64,000 nucleotides of DNA from the human T2T-CHM13v2.0 reference genome, Homo sapiens, in NCBI RefSeq assembly GCF_009914755.1, contig NC_060928.1. One strand, given 5' to 3'. A program made the position numbers and the translations under genes. The notes beneath the pieces were generated by a model. The model had not been told where the DNA came from. It did not search any database and saw nothing but the letters and a program-made list of their open reading frames with translations. Each line of letters starts with the position of its first letter. Positions within the stretch are counted from its first letter, which is position 1. Positions 38,730 to 53,850 of the stretch are shown here, piece by piece.

Positions 38730-40340
38730 AATCACTTATTACTAATTCATATATGCATCCAATCATTGTTTGCCATATTGTGTGAATCCAACAATGAATA
38801 GAGTTGGTGCCTGCCCTCAAAAGCTAATGGAAAAAGACAAAAACAAAGACAAAAACAGACATGATAAATGTGACTTTTATTGCCACTGCTCCGCTAAACT
38901 ACTTATTCAAGGTTACTGAAGATTGACTATTGAAGGTCCTTTAAGTGCCAAATCTAGTAGCTATTTGTTATTCTTATCCCATTTAACATCTCCAGAAGCA
39001 ATGAGCATTGAGCATTGCTAACTATTGTCTAGAAAGTGAGCTCTCTAAGAGCAGGGTTCTTTTTTTGTCTTGTTTTGTGCTGTGTTCCCAGCACACAAAA
39101 TAATACCTGGCATGCAGAGGAGGAGTTAATACTTGTTGAATAAGGCTGGGCATGGTGGCTCATGCCTGTAATCCCAGCACTTTGGGAGACTGAGGCAGGC
39201 AGATCACTTGAGGTCAGGAGTTTGAGACCAGCCCATCTCTACTAAAAATACAGAAATTAGCCAGATGTGGTGGCTGTGCCTGTGATTCCAGCTACTCAGG
39301 AGGCTGGGGCACAAGAATCGCTTGAACCTGGGAGGTGGAGGTTGCAGTGAGCTGAGTTTGTGTCACTGCACCACAGCCTCAGTGACAGTGAGACCCTGTT
39401 TTTTCAAAAAATATTGTTGAATAAATGATTGAATACATTTGCTTGCTCTTAAGATTTGCTCTTTCATTGGTTTTTGAGATATTGTAGTCTTCCTGTATTT
39501 CTTTTACTAATTTCTCCCCTCTATTTTCATTAACTTTTCCTTGATAAATTGAAGCCTTCCTCAATATTCAACCTCTGCTTACTTACTTCTTTTGTATTAC
39601 ATTTATTGATTACACAAATATTTAATGAGTACTTAATCTGCATCAGGAATTGTGCTGGTCACTTGTGACCCAACAGTGAACAGGTCAAGTGTGCTTCTCT
39701 GATTTCATCCAATTCCCTTCAGACAGAGCTATCTCCATGAAGGTGACTTCCAAAATTCCAGCTACCTCCTGGAACTTTAAAAAAAATAGAAGCCCTGTGC
39801 TCAAATTCAACATGCCCATTACAGAACTTCACATCATTCACCAAAATATTCTTACATATAGGCACCAGCACCCTTGTGTTCATCCTTCTGACTCCACATC
39901 TCTTGAGCCTACATCTGAGGCTCTCCATCTTCTGTCCCTAAATCTCCTGGTCTATATTTATCCATTCATTTCACTATTTTCCACCCTTCCTGGACTTGTG
40001 GCCATTTCTTGGTACTTTATTTTGCTAAGAGCTGATGCTCCTTCCTCAGTCTGGAATGTCCTTCATTCTTCATGTCTTTTTTCCAATGGAAATCCTCTTT
40101 TTCTGTCAAAGTTCAGCCAATCACTACCCAAGAAATGCTCAAATTAACCCAGTCGGAATAAATCACTTTTACCCACTTCACTTGCACTTTTTTTCTGTCT
40201 TTCATTCAGGTAATTATTAACTTGTTTTCCTCCCCTAATAGATGGTCAGCTTCTTAAAGAGTTTTATTTTTATGGCTCCGACAGTAGCATCTAACATAAT
40301 AGTAATTGACCATGGTAGGTACTCAATAAATATTTAATAA
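38730..40340. mobile_element. Cluster of L2 fragments (both orientations)
   Basis: ctagaaagtgagctctc..gagcaggg...ttgttgaataaatg; aaatatttaatgagtact; tggtaggtactcaataaatatt. Confidence 0.65.
39144..39409 (+). mobile_element. AluS with a short internal deletion, inserted in an L2 tail
   Basis: ggctgggcatggtggctca...gagaccagcc|catctctact; TSD aatacttgttgaataa / aatattgttgaataa. Confidence 0.92.
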
Positions 40341-40912
40341 AAAATATACAGGGGCAAGAATGAAGCACTTTACCAAGCGGGGAGGCTGAATATGAAAGTA
40401 AGGTAGGAAGAGAATCCACCAGTGGGACCAAGCACAGTACTTGGAACCTGCGACTGTCAGATGCAGACTGTCACAAGGTCAGCTGGGCACAGGCAGGGGT
40501 TTTGAAGAGATCTGCATGAGGAAGGGAGTGGAGTTCAGCTGTAGAAGGTTTGAAACACTTTTGACCCCAGAGGTCATTCTCATACTGGAATTCATGGAAA
40601 CTCCTCTCAGTTTTTGAGGGAGAGTCTACTATTGACTTGTCCCAGCATCAGCCAGATCTGTATTCTCTCTCTCTCTCTTCATTTCTATACCATGCTAGAG
40701 ACTCTCAGGCATACATGAAAAGGTACTGACTGGTGGAGGGATTATAAAAGCTGGAAGGACATGTTTGTTGCCTGAATTTCCCTGTCTCTAGAATATCTTT
40801 CTGTGTCTTCTCTATAAATAAACACATCTTCCAAGTAGAAGTTAGAAATCTCAAGTGTTATTATCTTATAAGGTGTGAGGGTTATGCATTTGGCTGAATA
40901 TTATCTCTCCAT

Positions 40913-40914
<2 letters not shown>

Positions 40915-40949
<35 letters not shown>
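40915..40949. repeat. (CA)n microsatellite
   Basis: Read directly. Confidence 0.97.
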
Positions 40950-40950
<1 letters not shown>

Positions 40951-43764
40951 GACTTGAGGAAATGGACATGTCTCATTATGTTCTGTCACATCCATTGCAA
41001 AGGGAACTTGCCAAAGCTGTTCATTCATAACTCTGACTCAGTGAGGAGTGGCTTTCTTGGGCTTGTATACATGATCAGGCCTCTTTGATCTGTTGGCTCT
41101 GTTATTTTGAAAAACTTTTATTTTTTCCAAAACAGACAGAAAAACGCAGTTTGCTTTTTTGAGCAGAGATAGTAACAAGGCAAGTCATTTATGAGTTATT
41201 GCAAAATACCACAAGAAACAGCAGCTGAGGAAGGAAAGGGCAACTTGGGCAACACATTGACAACTATCTGGATGAATTAGAAAAGTGTGTTCCAGCAAGA
41301 GTTGGGATTAACAGCAAATAAAACCACATCCTCCACAGAAAATATTAAACTTGGGACTAGACTATGTTTTATGTCTTTGTCCAGACGTCAGGATTTTAGA
41401 GCTTGTGACAAGAATGATTTTGGTGAAATGTTTTGTGATGGAAGATGTATTATGATGATGATGACTGTTCATTATGCTCATACATTTTAATTTGGGATTA
41501 TTAGCACTGGGTACTCTTTTGCAAAAAAGGGACGATTTCTACTGGACTTACTGCAAGGTGCATTCTGTGGCCATCTTTTTTTTAAAATAATGAATTGTTG
41601 TGGATAAAATTTATGTATAGTAAGACAGCTTGTATTTCTCTCACCATTTCAAGAGTCCCAGTGGCGTTGCTCTCAGTATGTTAGAGGTTTGATTGTTTAT
41701 GTGGGCTATTCTGTTTTTGTCCAGAGTCTGTGTATATAATCTACTTAGATTTTGGGGGTCTGCTGTCTCTGGCCACTCCAGTTCTGGGTCTGACATCGTA
41801 CACATGTGTATGGTTTGCACTGAGGTGCTGCTTCTCTTTTGGTCTGCTCTTTACCAACAGGCAGTAATCCTCAGTTGCCAGAGTCAGTCCTAACTGGAAT
41901 CCATCTGGCTCTCTGCAGCACAGCATCCTTGCCTAGAAATATTGAGCAATCAACACTTTATATTTTTTCACCCATAATCTATGATTTCTCACTTAGATCA
42001 TGTTTAGGGTTCCTAAACTCTTCTCTAGAAGAGATTAATTATATTTTGCAAAGAAGTGGGAAGAGCTAATTCATTTGATGTGTTTATCCATTTCATAACA
42101 TTTCTAAAGATCTTAATTTACGTTTTGTGCACAAACATCACTCTAGTCATTAGCCAATGGTCACTGTCATCTTTGTTTTAGTGAGGGAGACCAGAAGCCT
42201 GAAGACATGATCATCTTACCTCATGGCCCAGCCTAGCCACTTAGCCTGTGGAAGGGTCAGGGTCCCTGTCTTTTAGGTCTTGTCACTTTAGTCATTAACA
42301 ATGTACCCTTCATGATCTCTTTCAGCTCATTCTCCACAAGCAGTAGCCAGGTAACAAACATTACAGGGAGTCAGACAGAGAAAATGTTCCAAAAATCATA
42401 ACTTTGTTACATCTTATTCTTTCAGGAAAAAAAAAAAACTTTCAACTTAGCATCTGGACCTAAAAATGAACCAGCTAATTAGAACAAGGTTTCTTAAAAG
42501 CAGAACAAGTATTTCTTATTTACTTTAGGTTTCTGTAATTTCAAACTTGAGAGTTTTGTATAAAATGCTTGAAAAAAGAAATAGCCAGTATAAGAAGTGT
42601 GCTAAAAGTTGAACACTAATTAGCCCCTCTGTTGAAAAAGGAAAATGAAGGAAGCATTGAGGTTTGATTGTGCGAGACACAGTCAGGAGAGAAGGAGAAA
42701 AGAGAAATAAGGTAGAAACTCACTTTTGCTTGTTTTGTTTTGTTTTACCCCGATTTTTTGCAGAAGGCAAGATTAGTGGTAGACAGGACTCGTCTGTATA
42801 TCTTAGGAAGATTTTCATAAGGATCGCCTTTGCCTGTGTACACCTTCCAACTGTTCCTTGAGATTTCATGTGAAATCCAGGGGTCCCTTTGGTGTCTACT
42901 CTATCCTTTCACACTAACCTGCACTCTCAGAGCACTTTGTCTGGCAGCCTCATGTCTGTGGAAGTATGACAGTACTATTCCAGCTCACAGACTCAGAAGA
43001 AAAGGTGAGACACAGAGTGTGCTCTTTCATGGAGTTTTGAACAATCAATTTCATCCCTAAAGTGCACGTGTACTTGCTTAGTTCATGAATAAAACCAATT
43101 TTACCTCTTTTTGAAAATGATTAATTCATCTACATAATAGTAGAAAACTCTTTGCCATGTGCCAATGAAAAGTAGCTTACCTTTTCTCTTCAATTTCCTC
43201 AACTGTAAAAGAGGGATTTGACAGGTTTCCTTCCATCACTGAAATATATGAGTCTATTCTTATTCTGTTACTAACTGAAGTAAATGATCGTATTCTCTCT
43301 TGTAGATGGGAAGGGTGATTCTGCTATTTATCTGGGTAGTCTTGCAAGTTGTGCAATCTCAAGCACTGAGCTATTGGTGTGGAGTTTGCTTCTAAGCCAT
43401 TCGCTGTCGTTTATTTTTTATTTTTTTGTAGTTACTCATTCTCTATGAACTATACTAATACTTCCTAAAAGATGTTAGAGGAAGTCATGAGATGTTCATA
43501 AAATTCTGCATGACTTACAGAGCAAGTGCTGAATAAGTATAAGGTTTGATTATTCCTAGCAGCAGTTGCCTGCAAATCTGGGCCATGCCTTTGAGGGTAA
43601 TTTTTTTTTTAATAAGTTCTACCATCTTTATAATTTTTAAGTCTATAGTTCAGTGGGCAATCTCTTTTGGTGAGAAATAACAGAATGAGTTATTTTTCAA
43701 AGCATATTTTCTAAACTGAGAGGTTGAAGGGAGTGATAATTTGGTTCCTTGAAGGATAAAATCT

Positions 43765-44282
43765 GAACCCTCCCTCATGACTGGTGAGGCCCTACTGGAC
43801 CTGGCTCATGCTGATAGGTCTGATGTCACCTCCTACCATGCATCTGTCTACATGCCAGCCAGCTTGCCTTCTTCCTGTCCCTTGGATGCTCCAGATGGTT
43901 CCTACATTAGGGCCTGAGCACTTTCTCTTGCTTCTGAATGGAATGCCCTGTACCTGGATTTCCATGGCTGCCTCTTTCTTGTCATTTGACATTCTGCTTA
44001 TTGTTACCTCCTAAATGAGGGCTTCAGTGGCTACCTAATTAAAACTAAACTAAAAAATTAAAACTAGCCCCCATCTCCACCTCACCTCCAGTCCAGTCAA
44101 TTGTCTACCCTATCACCTGGTTGTATTCAATTAATGCTAGGTAAAATGATCTTGTCCATTTATCTGTCTTATTGTTTCTTGTCTGTCTACCTCTTGCAGA
44201 ATGTAAATTCCTTGAGGGTGCAAACTTTGTTTTGGTGACCACTGCATTCAACAACTGTTTACTGAGTGGATAAATAAATGAT
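43765..44282 (+). mobile_element. L2a-like 3' region
   Basis: aggccctac..gacctggctc...tagggcct..gcactt...agaatgtaaattccttgaggg...tgagtggataaataaatg. Confidence 0.8.
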
Positions 44283-44292
44283 TACTCTCTGC

Positions 44293-44484
44293 CAGTGCTG
44301 TCCAAGTGAACTGATGAAGATGTTCTATCATTTGCACTATTCAATATGGCAGCCTCTAGTCATATGTGCCTGTTGAACACTTGAAATGTGGCTACTGTAC
44401 TAAAAACTGAAGTTGAAGTTTTATTTAATTTTAATTAATTTAATTTTTAAATCATCACATGTGGCTAGTGGCTACCGTATTGGA
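44293..44484. mobile_element. MER3 hAT MITE
   Basis: cagtgctgtccaa...cacttgaaatgtggcta...cacatgtggctagtggctaccgtattgga. Confidence 0.88.
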
Positions 44485-45977
44485 TCTTAAAGCTGTGTTT
44501 GGCCTATGGTACTTAGTAACTGAATCAATCAGTAGCAAGATATCAATAGTGATATCAACAGCAAGAGCAGCAGCAACTTTTGGAGTGTCCTCTTCCTCTT
44601 TCATGATACTTTCTCTTTTTCTCTCTCAGTGGGATCAGTGAGGTAGAAAATCTTCATCCAACAAGACTGTGAAATGCCATCTTTTGAAATGCTTTTAGCA
44701 TCCTTCGATGTGGGCAGTAGAGGAAGTTTAATTAATTGTCCTACGCTTTTCTGGGCTGCTGAAATGCATATTTATCATATATATTTTTTTCTGCTAATAA
44801 CCTGTTAGTTGTGAAGAATTACATATTTAGTAGTTTCTTAAGAGGTAGGATGTCAAATGGCTTTCAACTAAAAGTTTAAAAAGTATATGCATCTTTTCAG
44901 AGGAAGACATTCACTATTATGTAGCACTCTTACTACAAGCTGTAATTTATTCAGAGGAAGCAAGAACTAACATCCCCATTCATAGTTAAGTCCGGACAAA
45001 GCTCTTTTGTAAAGAAACTGTTTATGTACCTTCAACACTTTAAGGCATCATTTGGGGCGTATTACCTTACAGGTGATTTACATTTTCTGTTTAGTATCAC
45101 TTCTGCTCCTTAGTCTGTGAAAGGAGACTGAATGGAGAATTTTTTCCAGGCTTGCAGCTTTCTGCTGCTTAAGCCTGTAGAAATACTCCATGTATTTGGA
45201 AGTGTGCTGCTAGGGGAATAACAGTTTTTAGACTGCTGACTTGTCCATCGTTTATCATCATTATATGGTGTCTGTCAACAGAAAACCATTTCTCAGAATT
45301 CCACAAGGAGTCATTCCATATAGAAGTATGGAGTCTTGTGACAAGAAAAAGGCATTGCAATGGAAAGTAATAAGAAAGGGGGTGGAGGGATAAACAGAAG
45401 CTTTTAGAGCTAATTCATGGCTGGCGTCATCTCCATTAGCATTGGGACTGTTTGACATTGAGTTCAGAGAACACGACCAGGGCTGGTGTCCATCTGTCAC
45501 GGTGATTAATGGGAGTATTGTTAGGTAATAATAATTTAATAACATAGCTGGAGCCAAAGAGGCACACCAAAAGGGTGTATGTAATTCTAAAACCAAGAGG
45601 AACACAAGAGCCAGGAAATTGGGGTCCTGTTCTCAGCTCTACCTCTTAGAAAAGGGCAGCCAGTAAGAAATTTTCCCCTAAGTTGAAAATGGGTAAGAGT
45701 CTACCAATGGGTAAAAAGGGTCATTTCAGCTCTTAGGAAGGATGGCCATCTTGGTGGTTTTAATGTACTTGTATCTCACGGATCGAAAAAGTTTGTTAAA
45801 CTATAACTCTTCTGAGACGTGGGAGTAATGGCAGCCAATGAATCAGACAGGGAAATAGACAATTCTTTATGTGAATAGGCTGGATTCAATTCTTCCAAAT
45901 AATATCCAGATTGCATTATATGATTGGTCCCACACTTGTATCAGTGGCTATCTATCATTAATGTGAAACCTAAATGA

Positions 45978-46486
<509 letters not shown>

Positions 46487-48639
46487 AAAAAATCACTTTT
46501 CTTACAGGAAATTGGCAAAGTGAGACTATTTATATGTTGGCTTTCCTCCCTGTCAGTTTCTACTCAGTTTTTAATCCAGTTTTTACTTAGAAAATTTCCC
46601 CCAAATGGATCTAAGCACGAATGGAAAAAGGTTTCAGGAAGTAAGAGTAGGTTTATGTGAAAGGGGAGGATGGAACCTGGCCAAATGCCCTCTGGACCAA
46701 GTGGCATGTGTGGACCCTAATAGCTCTTGCTCCTTGTTTAGTCTATCATGGTATCATGGTAGCTTGAACTCCTGTGGGAGAGAGAGGCCAAAATGCACTA
46801 AGGCTAACAAAGGAAGATTGAAAGTAAACTGCAATCCAAGAGAAGGAATAAGAGGGCTTTATTTTTGTTGTAGTTGTTGTTGTCTTTTTTTTTTCCCTCA
46901 GTTGTTTAAACTATATTTCTTTTCCCCAGTGGTTTGAACTAAATTTCTTTTCCTGCTTCCAAATGGATGTTCTGGGGGCTAAGAAAATTAGGACAAAAAT
47001 TCAGGGTTCTCAGATCAGGTAAAGGATTTTATTATATATTTGCAGACAGGGTAGGTGCTCTTCATCTCCTATGCCTGAGCAAAAGCAAATGGCTATCTGA
47101 AGGCAATCAGGGATAATTTCTATCACTCACAATCAGGAGGAGGTGATGCTGGGTGTCTAGCCTGTAGGCTTCTATTTAACTCTGGTCTCAGTTTGAATGT
47201 GTTTACACTCTACAGAGTTCAATGGGGGATTTGACTTTAGTGGGAGCACAAGGTTTTGTATTAGCTTTTTCTTCCCCAGGGCAAGTCAAGGGGAGGAGTT
47301 CTGATGAGAATGAATTAGGGTCAAGGATATTGATTGGCCCACAGTACGAGGCTGTGGAGCTTTGGTGTAATTGGAGAGTGAGTTCAGGGTCTGAATTTGT
47401 GTTGGTTTTGTTTTAGACTTTTCCTTCCTAAAGAGGCCTCGTGGAAGGAAGTTAGACAAGTCCTAGGCCCCACAGGCAAATTCTTGCTTTCCCTTCATTT
47501 CCCTTGGCATATTTCCTTGGACTAAGCTTTGGTTGCCATCAGAGTGATAAGATGAAGAGGAGACTTCAGTGTAGGCTGGGGCAATAAATAGAGGGGTAAG
47601 AGACCACTTAATCTTTCTCTGGCCTTGACATAAGTGGAACTATCATGGGCTTTGGTGCAAAGGCCTCTGGGTAATAAAGGTGCATTTTCCTGGTCTTCCT
47701 TTCTGAACATGCATTGCTCTCAGAAACATTGAAGGGATGACTGGGTTGAAGGACTGTGGATCCCCAGCTATTATTCAATTTTTAACTTAAGACATGATTT
47801 GTAAAGTAAACACTTCCAGTATCTATTTTGATGCTGCTTCTATTTCTCAAGTAGACTGCCACATATTCTTGACTTCAAGCTGAACAGGCATGGATGGATC
47901 TATCTGTGATCTGAGTTACAAAAACCGTAAGAGAATAAAATGACATTCTCATGGTAGTCAAGTCAAAGGACAGATTTGTCTCCTTTTCCCTCTCTTTTGT
48001 TAATTTACTATAAATCAGTGCAGTCAGCTTGCTGTAGTGCAGTGAGCACCAGCTTGGAAGTCAGATGCTGTGTTCAAGCTTTTGGTCCTCCTTCACCAGA
48101 GTGCATAGCCATCCAAGTCCTCTCATTCTATAAAACAGAAAGTTTGAAGTGGAGAATCACCAAGTTCCCTTTCAACAACACCATGCCGACACAACAAAGC
48201 AGACAACCGAGGCAATTCCAAAAGGAAATTTATGTCCAAAGACTTGTTTGCTTGAAATATAAACATCAAGGCATAAAAATAGCTCTAGCAGTTTAGTTTT
48301 AAAAGTTAATTTCGAGTTCCTTATTAATTAAGTAATTAGAAAAGTTTTCTAACTGCTGTTAGTTGAGGCAAAGACACTTTGAGAGTTTATGTGTGTTTTA
48401 CTTAAAATTGCTATATAATTATTTCTTGACTTAATTTCGAAAACAAAGATCATAACATTCACAGAACTATTACATACTTTACAAGATTTAATCATCTGTT
48501 TAATATCCATGTTATCTCCCAAAGACATAGTTAGTTATTGTCCACATCAAGTACCTATTCATTTGTGTTCATCTCCCCAGCTCCTTGTCTTTCTTGATGA
48601 CCGAGTCTTATTACTGTTATCTTCTATTCAGCTCCCTGA

Positions 48640-48905
48640 GGCCTCTCAGAGGGGTTAGGTGTAGAACATGCTAAAAAGACTATAGGTTTGATCTCCACAC
48701 AGGTCACCTGTTTTGCCCTCTTCTGGCCATAGCTTATGCCTTTTCTCTACCAGCTACTCACAAATGAGCCCAGGAGAATATGGATGGATCTGCACAAATC
48801 CATCACCTCTGTGGGAAACAACAGTTTAAAGTGGGCTTTATTCTCATGATGATGGGTCAGTAATAATGAGATCATTGTTGTCAGGCTAAGAAAATATGAA
48901 AGTCT
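48640..48905 (+). mobile_element. MamSINE1-like ancient tRNA-derived SINE
   Basis: tRNA-like head ggttag..tgctaa..ggtttgatctcc; core tatggatggatctgcacaaatccatcacc..gggaaacaac..gatgatgggtcagta. Confidence 0.65.
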
Positions 48906-48937
48906 GCCAGAAGAAACCATTTTGGCACCCCCCTGAG

Positions 48938-49312
48938 TATATTAGTCCGTTTTCACAGTGCTATAAAGATACTACCCAAGACTGAGTAATTTATAAAGGA
49001 AAGAGGTTTAATTGACTCACAGTTCTGCAGGACTGGGGAGGCCTCAGGAAACTTACAATCATGGCAGAAGGCAAAGGGGAAACAAGGCACCTTCTTCACA
49101 AGGCAGCAGGAAAGAAAGAAAAGCCCAGGGGAAACTGCCATTTATAAAACCATCAGATTTCGTGAGAACTCACTCACTATCACGAGAATAGTGTGGGGGA
49201 ACCGCCCCCATGATCCAGTCACCTCCCACCATGTCCATCCCTTGACACATGGGGATTATGGGGATTAAAATTTGAGATGAGATTTGGGTGGGGACACAGC
49301 CAAACCATATCA
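48938..49312 (-). mobile_element. MSTA/THE1D-type solo LTR
   Basis: tatattagtccgttttcac...gaggtttaattgactcacagttc...gggtggggacacagccaaaccatatca. Confidence 0.92.
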
Positions 49313-51244
49313 CCCAGTGACAGTCACATGCAGAAGGCTGGAAAAGAGAATCAAACGAGACAGCACCTCTCAGTTCTGTTTCCTGGTCTGGTTATTTCTA
49401 GGTGATGGACATGGGACATGCTTGATGGCTGGTTTACTGAACTGACAATGACTGAGTCTCATATGCTCTAACAGAGCAGTATGCTAGCTATCTGGGGTGG
49501 CAGCAACAGAAAAGAGGCCCCAAATGTAATCTCTACTTTACAGTGATCATTCATCATTGTGCTTTACACGATGCAATGTCTTGACTGGAGAAAGTTCTCT
49601 CTTGTTTGTATGTCGTGATTATTTGTATGGTTTACTGTGAAACTGTGAGTTTTAAAGTTTCCATAGTTATATTCCTTTCTGGGCAGGAATTTCCTCAAAC
49701 TTTCTATCTAAAAATTTCCAGTGAGAAATTGATAGAAGAAATCCAGGAAAGACACAATTATTTGTCACAGAAGAGAATTCTTGTATCTTACCATTAAAAT
49801 TTTTTCCTAGAGAAAGAAAAGTACTGTGCCAAAACTGGAAAAAATGGTGAAGTACTTTTAAAGCTGTGAAAGTTTGGATATGAGTGATTGGAAAAAGCTG
49901 CCCTTCCCCCACTTTTGTGTATTGATTTTTGGTTTTAGCCTGGCCAGTGTTAAATTTTCCCTAGGTCAAATTGCCCTCCATTAATGCAATTTTAATTGAA
50001 GCAGAGAACTGAGGTAATAATTTCGTCTTTAGCAGAAACTTTTTTTCTTGTTTTTTTTTTTTTTTTTTTTTTTTTGAGAGTTAAGTTAGAATCTTATCCT
50101 TCTAAAGCCCAGTGACTTCATATGCAAAGAGTACATATGGAAGTTAATTATGGAAGTTAATTCTGCATGAGCACTTTGCTAAGAATTTTCCAAACCCCAC
50201 ATTTTCATCATTTTTGTTGTTGATTTTGCACCTTAATTGCTGTTATGCAAAATAGAGACATAGCATAAAACATACAATGTGTATAACCTGGCTGAGAGAA
50301 AGTGCTTTTTAGGAAAGTAACATGAGGAAAGTTTTAACGTTGTGTTTGTCTTTGCTTTTTTGAAGAGAAAAAGAACAAAATCAGCAACAAAAAACCCAAA
50401 ATTTGGTCTGGCCACCACGGAGCACAGTAAGATCTGCCGAGATTCTGGGCTGCACCTTTCTACTGTTGAAAGTCTTTTATAACCTGGCTAGGAATTAGGC
50501 AGCTTTTAAATTTGGCAGGTCTCTGGGTTCCATTAAGAACTCATTTAAATCCTTTTTCAGTTGAGCCTGAATTTTAACTACCCCTTGTGGGTTTCAATTA
50601 GGATTGTTATAGAATTAGGTGAGGATGGAAATTAGATTAATGTAAAGAAACAACAGCAAAGATACTATGTTAGAAAATGTATGATTCACATATCTAGATT
50701 TTACCATAGTCATCAAACCATGAATAATATAGAAACGAATTATTAACCTGATAAAACATGTCAGGCAATTGATGAAATTACTGCATACTTTGGAAACCTG
50801 TAGTAACAATAAAAGCACGTATAGTTTTATGGCTCTGAAGCAAATTGCCTGCATCACCTGCAGCAGGTTTAGTTGATATAACTAAACTAATTAGATAAGA
50901 AATAATGAATGAAAATAAATATAAAGGTCTAGGTCAGATGAAGAAAAGCTGTATATAAAATCTGTATGTTATATTTGTATTAAGGTCTTGTTTTAAGGTA
51001 TGTGAGAAAGGAAATTGCAAATTAAGTCTGGTGCTACGTATACTAAGAGCCCAAGTTTTAAAACTGTACAGTATTGTTTGGCATAAAACATTTTCTTTCT
51101 GCCAGCCCCCTCTTCTTTCTTCCCAACACACAACAAATACTGTTTATCTCCTTGGAGTGGGTGAATGCAAAATCAGACCCTGGTTGACCCTATTTTCAGA
51201 AAAATAATGACTAATGTTGCATAGTTAACTTCTCTGGCAAAACA

Positions 51245-51412
51245 ATTATAACAAATCGTATAGTAAAATGGGCTTTTTAATTCATTTTGTGTTCGGTTAT
51301 ATGAATTTTAACACATTTATGGATTTGGGTTGCAACTACCACAATCAGGTTATGGAACAGTTCCATCACCCCTAAAAACTCCCTTCAGGTACTTTCCTCC
51401 TGAAGTCACATT
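51245..51412 (-). mobile_element. Old L1M 3' fragment
   Basis: tatgaattttaacaca...aactaccacaatcagg...gaacagttccatcacccc.aaaaactccct. Confidence 0.7.
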
Positions 51413-51689
51413 CTTTTTGAGTGGAGATGTCTTTGAGACATGTCCCTAACTTGACATGTTCAAAACACGACACTTTCAAACCATTGTAAAAGTGTATTAT
51501 CTCTTTTGCTCTCATTTTGGCGTTTGTTTATATGTTAAGTGCTCCTCCCCGAGAGTCCTATACAGTTGACAAATTTCCTCAAAACTAAATGGGATTGAAT
51601 TGAGTATGATCATCTGACCCAAAGGCAGGACATGCAGAAATGTTACTGGAGTAGTGTTGCAAATTGTAATTCAAGGGATTAAGCTGCTA

Positions 51690-52010
51690 GGAACTAGCAA
51701 TAGTCAAGGGAAGGGCTTATGATTTGGGATAGGTAGGACTTAAACCCAGGGAACAGAATGGGAAATGGATATTCCAGGCTGAGGAACTGCATGAGCAAAG
51801 CATACAGGTGGGAAAGTGTGAGATCCGGCTGAACACAGCAGGTAGCTCTGCATGGCTAATATGAAAGATCTGTGGAAGGTGATAGTGGAAAAGAAGCCCA
51901 AAGGTATACCAGAGTATGGATTTTCTCTAATTGTTGGTGGGAGATCATTGACTTCTTTCTGAGTAGGTAGGAGATTTGATATGAATTGTGATTCCAGAAA
52001 AATAAATGTG
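51690..52010 (-). mobile_element. L2 fragment
   Basis: tattccaggctgaggaactgcatgagcaaagcat..aggtgggaaagtg. Confidence 0.65.
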
Positions 52011-52341
52011 TAGGACACACCCCGCTTTGGGGACAAGAATATGTGAGACATCCAGAAAAGGATCCCAATGACACCACAAGTTTTCTTTAGCTGCTCCTCA
52101 GTGAATTCAAGCCTGCTTGGTATCAGAACCTTCTGCGTGTGTCTTATGCTTGGGTATGGAGACGCATGAAGATTAGATTTCATGTTGGTCTTAAAATATC
52201 CTTTGGTTACCCGTATTAAGTTTAGGATTAAAGAACCCTTGCAGTAGTGTTAAAGAGAAATACCAGGTGGTATTTTTCCAATTATTAGAGTCAAGAGTCT
52301 AATGTCAAAAGGGGAAAAAACCCAGATCAGTAGCATTTCTT

Positions 52342-52803
52342 TTATTTTGTATAATTCCAACTTTTATTTTAGATTCAGGGGTACATGTACAGGTTTATTA
52401 CATGGGCTTATTGCAGGATGCTGAGGTTTGGGGTACAAATGATCCCATCACCTAAGTAGAAGGATGGAAACCCTGTGGGTAGTTTTTTAGCCCTTGCCCT
52501 CCTCCCTCTGTTCTCTCTTTTGGATTCCCCAGTGTCTATTGTTGCCATATTTATTGCCCATGTGTACCCACTGTTTAGCTCCCACTTATGAATGAGAACA
52601 TGTGGTATTTGGTTTTCTGTTCCTGCATTAATTTGCATAGCATAATGGCCACCAACTGCATTCACGTTGCTGGAAAGGTCATGATTTCATTATTTTTTAT
52701 GGCTGTGTAGTATTCTCTGGTGTATATGTATCACATTTTCTTTACCCAATTATTTGCTGATGGGCACCTAGGTTGATTCCATGTCTTTGCTATGGTGAAT
52801 AGT
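52342..52803 (-). mobile_element. 5'-truncated L1PA15/16-like 3' end
   Basis: caacttttattttagattcaggggtacatg...gctgaggtttggggtacaaatgatcccatcacc; degenerate TSD gtagcatttctt / gcagcacttctt. Confidence 0.88.
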
Positions 52804-53609
52804 GCAGCACTTCTTAGAGACATTATTTTACAAGACTTATTCTTGTCTGAGCGAGCTGTACATCATACATATAGGAAAATAATAGCAAACCTATACCTCA
52901 GATCTGCAGGAACTCATTCATACAAAAGCATGTAAGTGCATATACTACATATGGGGTATACATATTTTCTGGAAGCCCAGTTGTGGGTTAGGCTAGACTT
53001 TAGAAAACTGTGGCAGCCATCTCCTGGCACCTCAGCCTAAGTTATCCTGGCTAGGCCATTCAGCTCTCATCTTCTCTGTAACCAGAGAATGTCCCATCAT
53101 TATTAAGGTCTTTTTGGACATTGGTCCTTTTTTGATGACTTTCTTACATTTTATTCTTTCTTCCTCCATTTCCTGCTAGCTTCCAGGTTCCTGATCCAGT
53201 CTCTTGAATCCTGCCTCAGTTGGCCTCCTGCATAATCTGCCTGGTTCATTCCTGCCCACCCAGCCCATAACTTCCACTGGATCCTTACTCTTGCCTGTGT
53301 CTGGCCTCTGATGGACTTACCTGGTGTTGACTCCTGACCTATTTCTGATGTTACCCAAATGAGGCATATTACTACCAAGGATCTCTAGTCCGATTTATTT
53401 CAGATCACTGACTAAACTTTGAGCAGTGGATTAAAGTTCCATCTTCCACCACTCTTTGTACTTTTTATTCTAGTAATATCAAATTGTTTTCAGGCCTCCA
53501 TGCCCCACTGTCTCCAAAAGAAGCATGTGACACCAGGATGTTTCATAACTGCTTTACTCAAATGGCATGAAGAGTTGGTTTGGGGCACATTTAGCTCAGA
53601 AAAGAGTCC

Positions 53610-53821
<212 letters not shown>

Positions 53822-53850
53822 AGAGAAGAGTTTTAAAAATTCTCGTTTAA

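Noticed and set aside
50040-50080. Poly(T) followed by gaga as an extremely truncated Alu
   Set aside because: Only 4 nt of Alu-like sequence and no convincing TSD
50137-50162. 13-bp tandem duplication tatggaagttaat and similar tiny duplications (16082-16110, 39002-39017)
   Set aside because: Ordinary slippage events
53314-53324. Perfect minus-strand splice donor CAG/GTAAGT (other strong donors near 4774 on + and 43180 on -)
   Set aside because: No matching strong acceptor at exon distance; expected by chance in 64 kb
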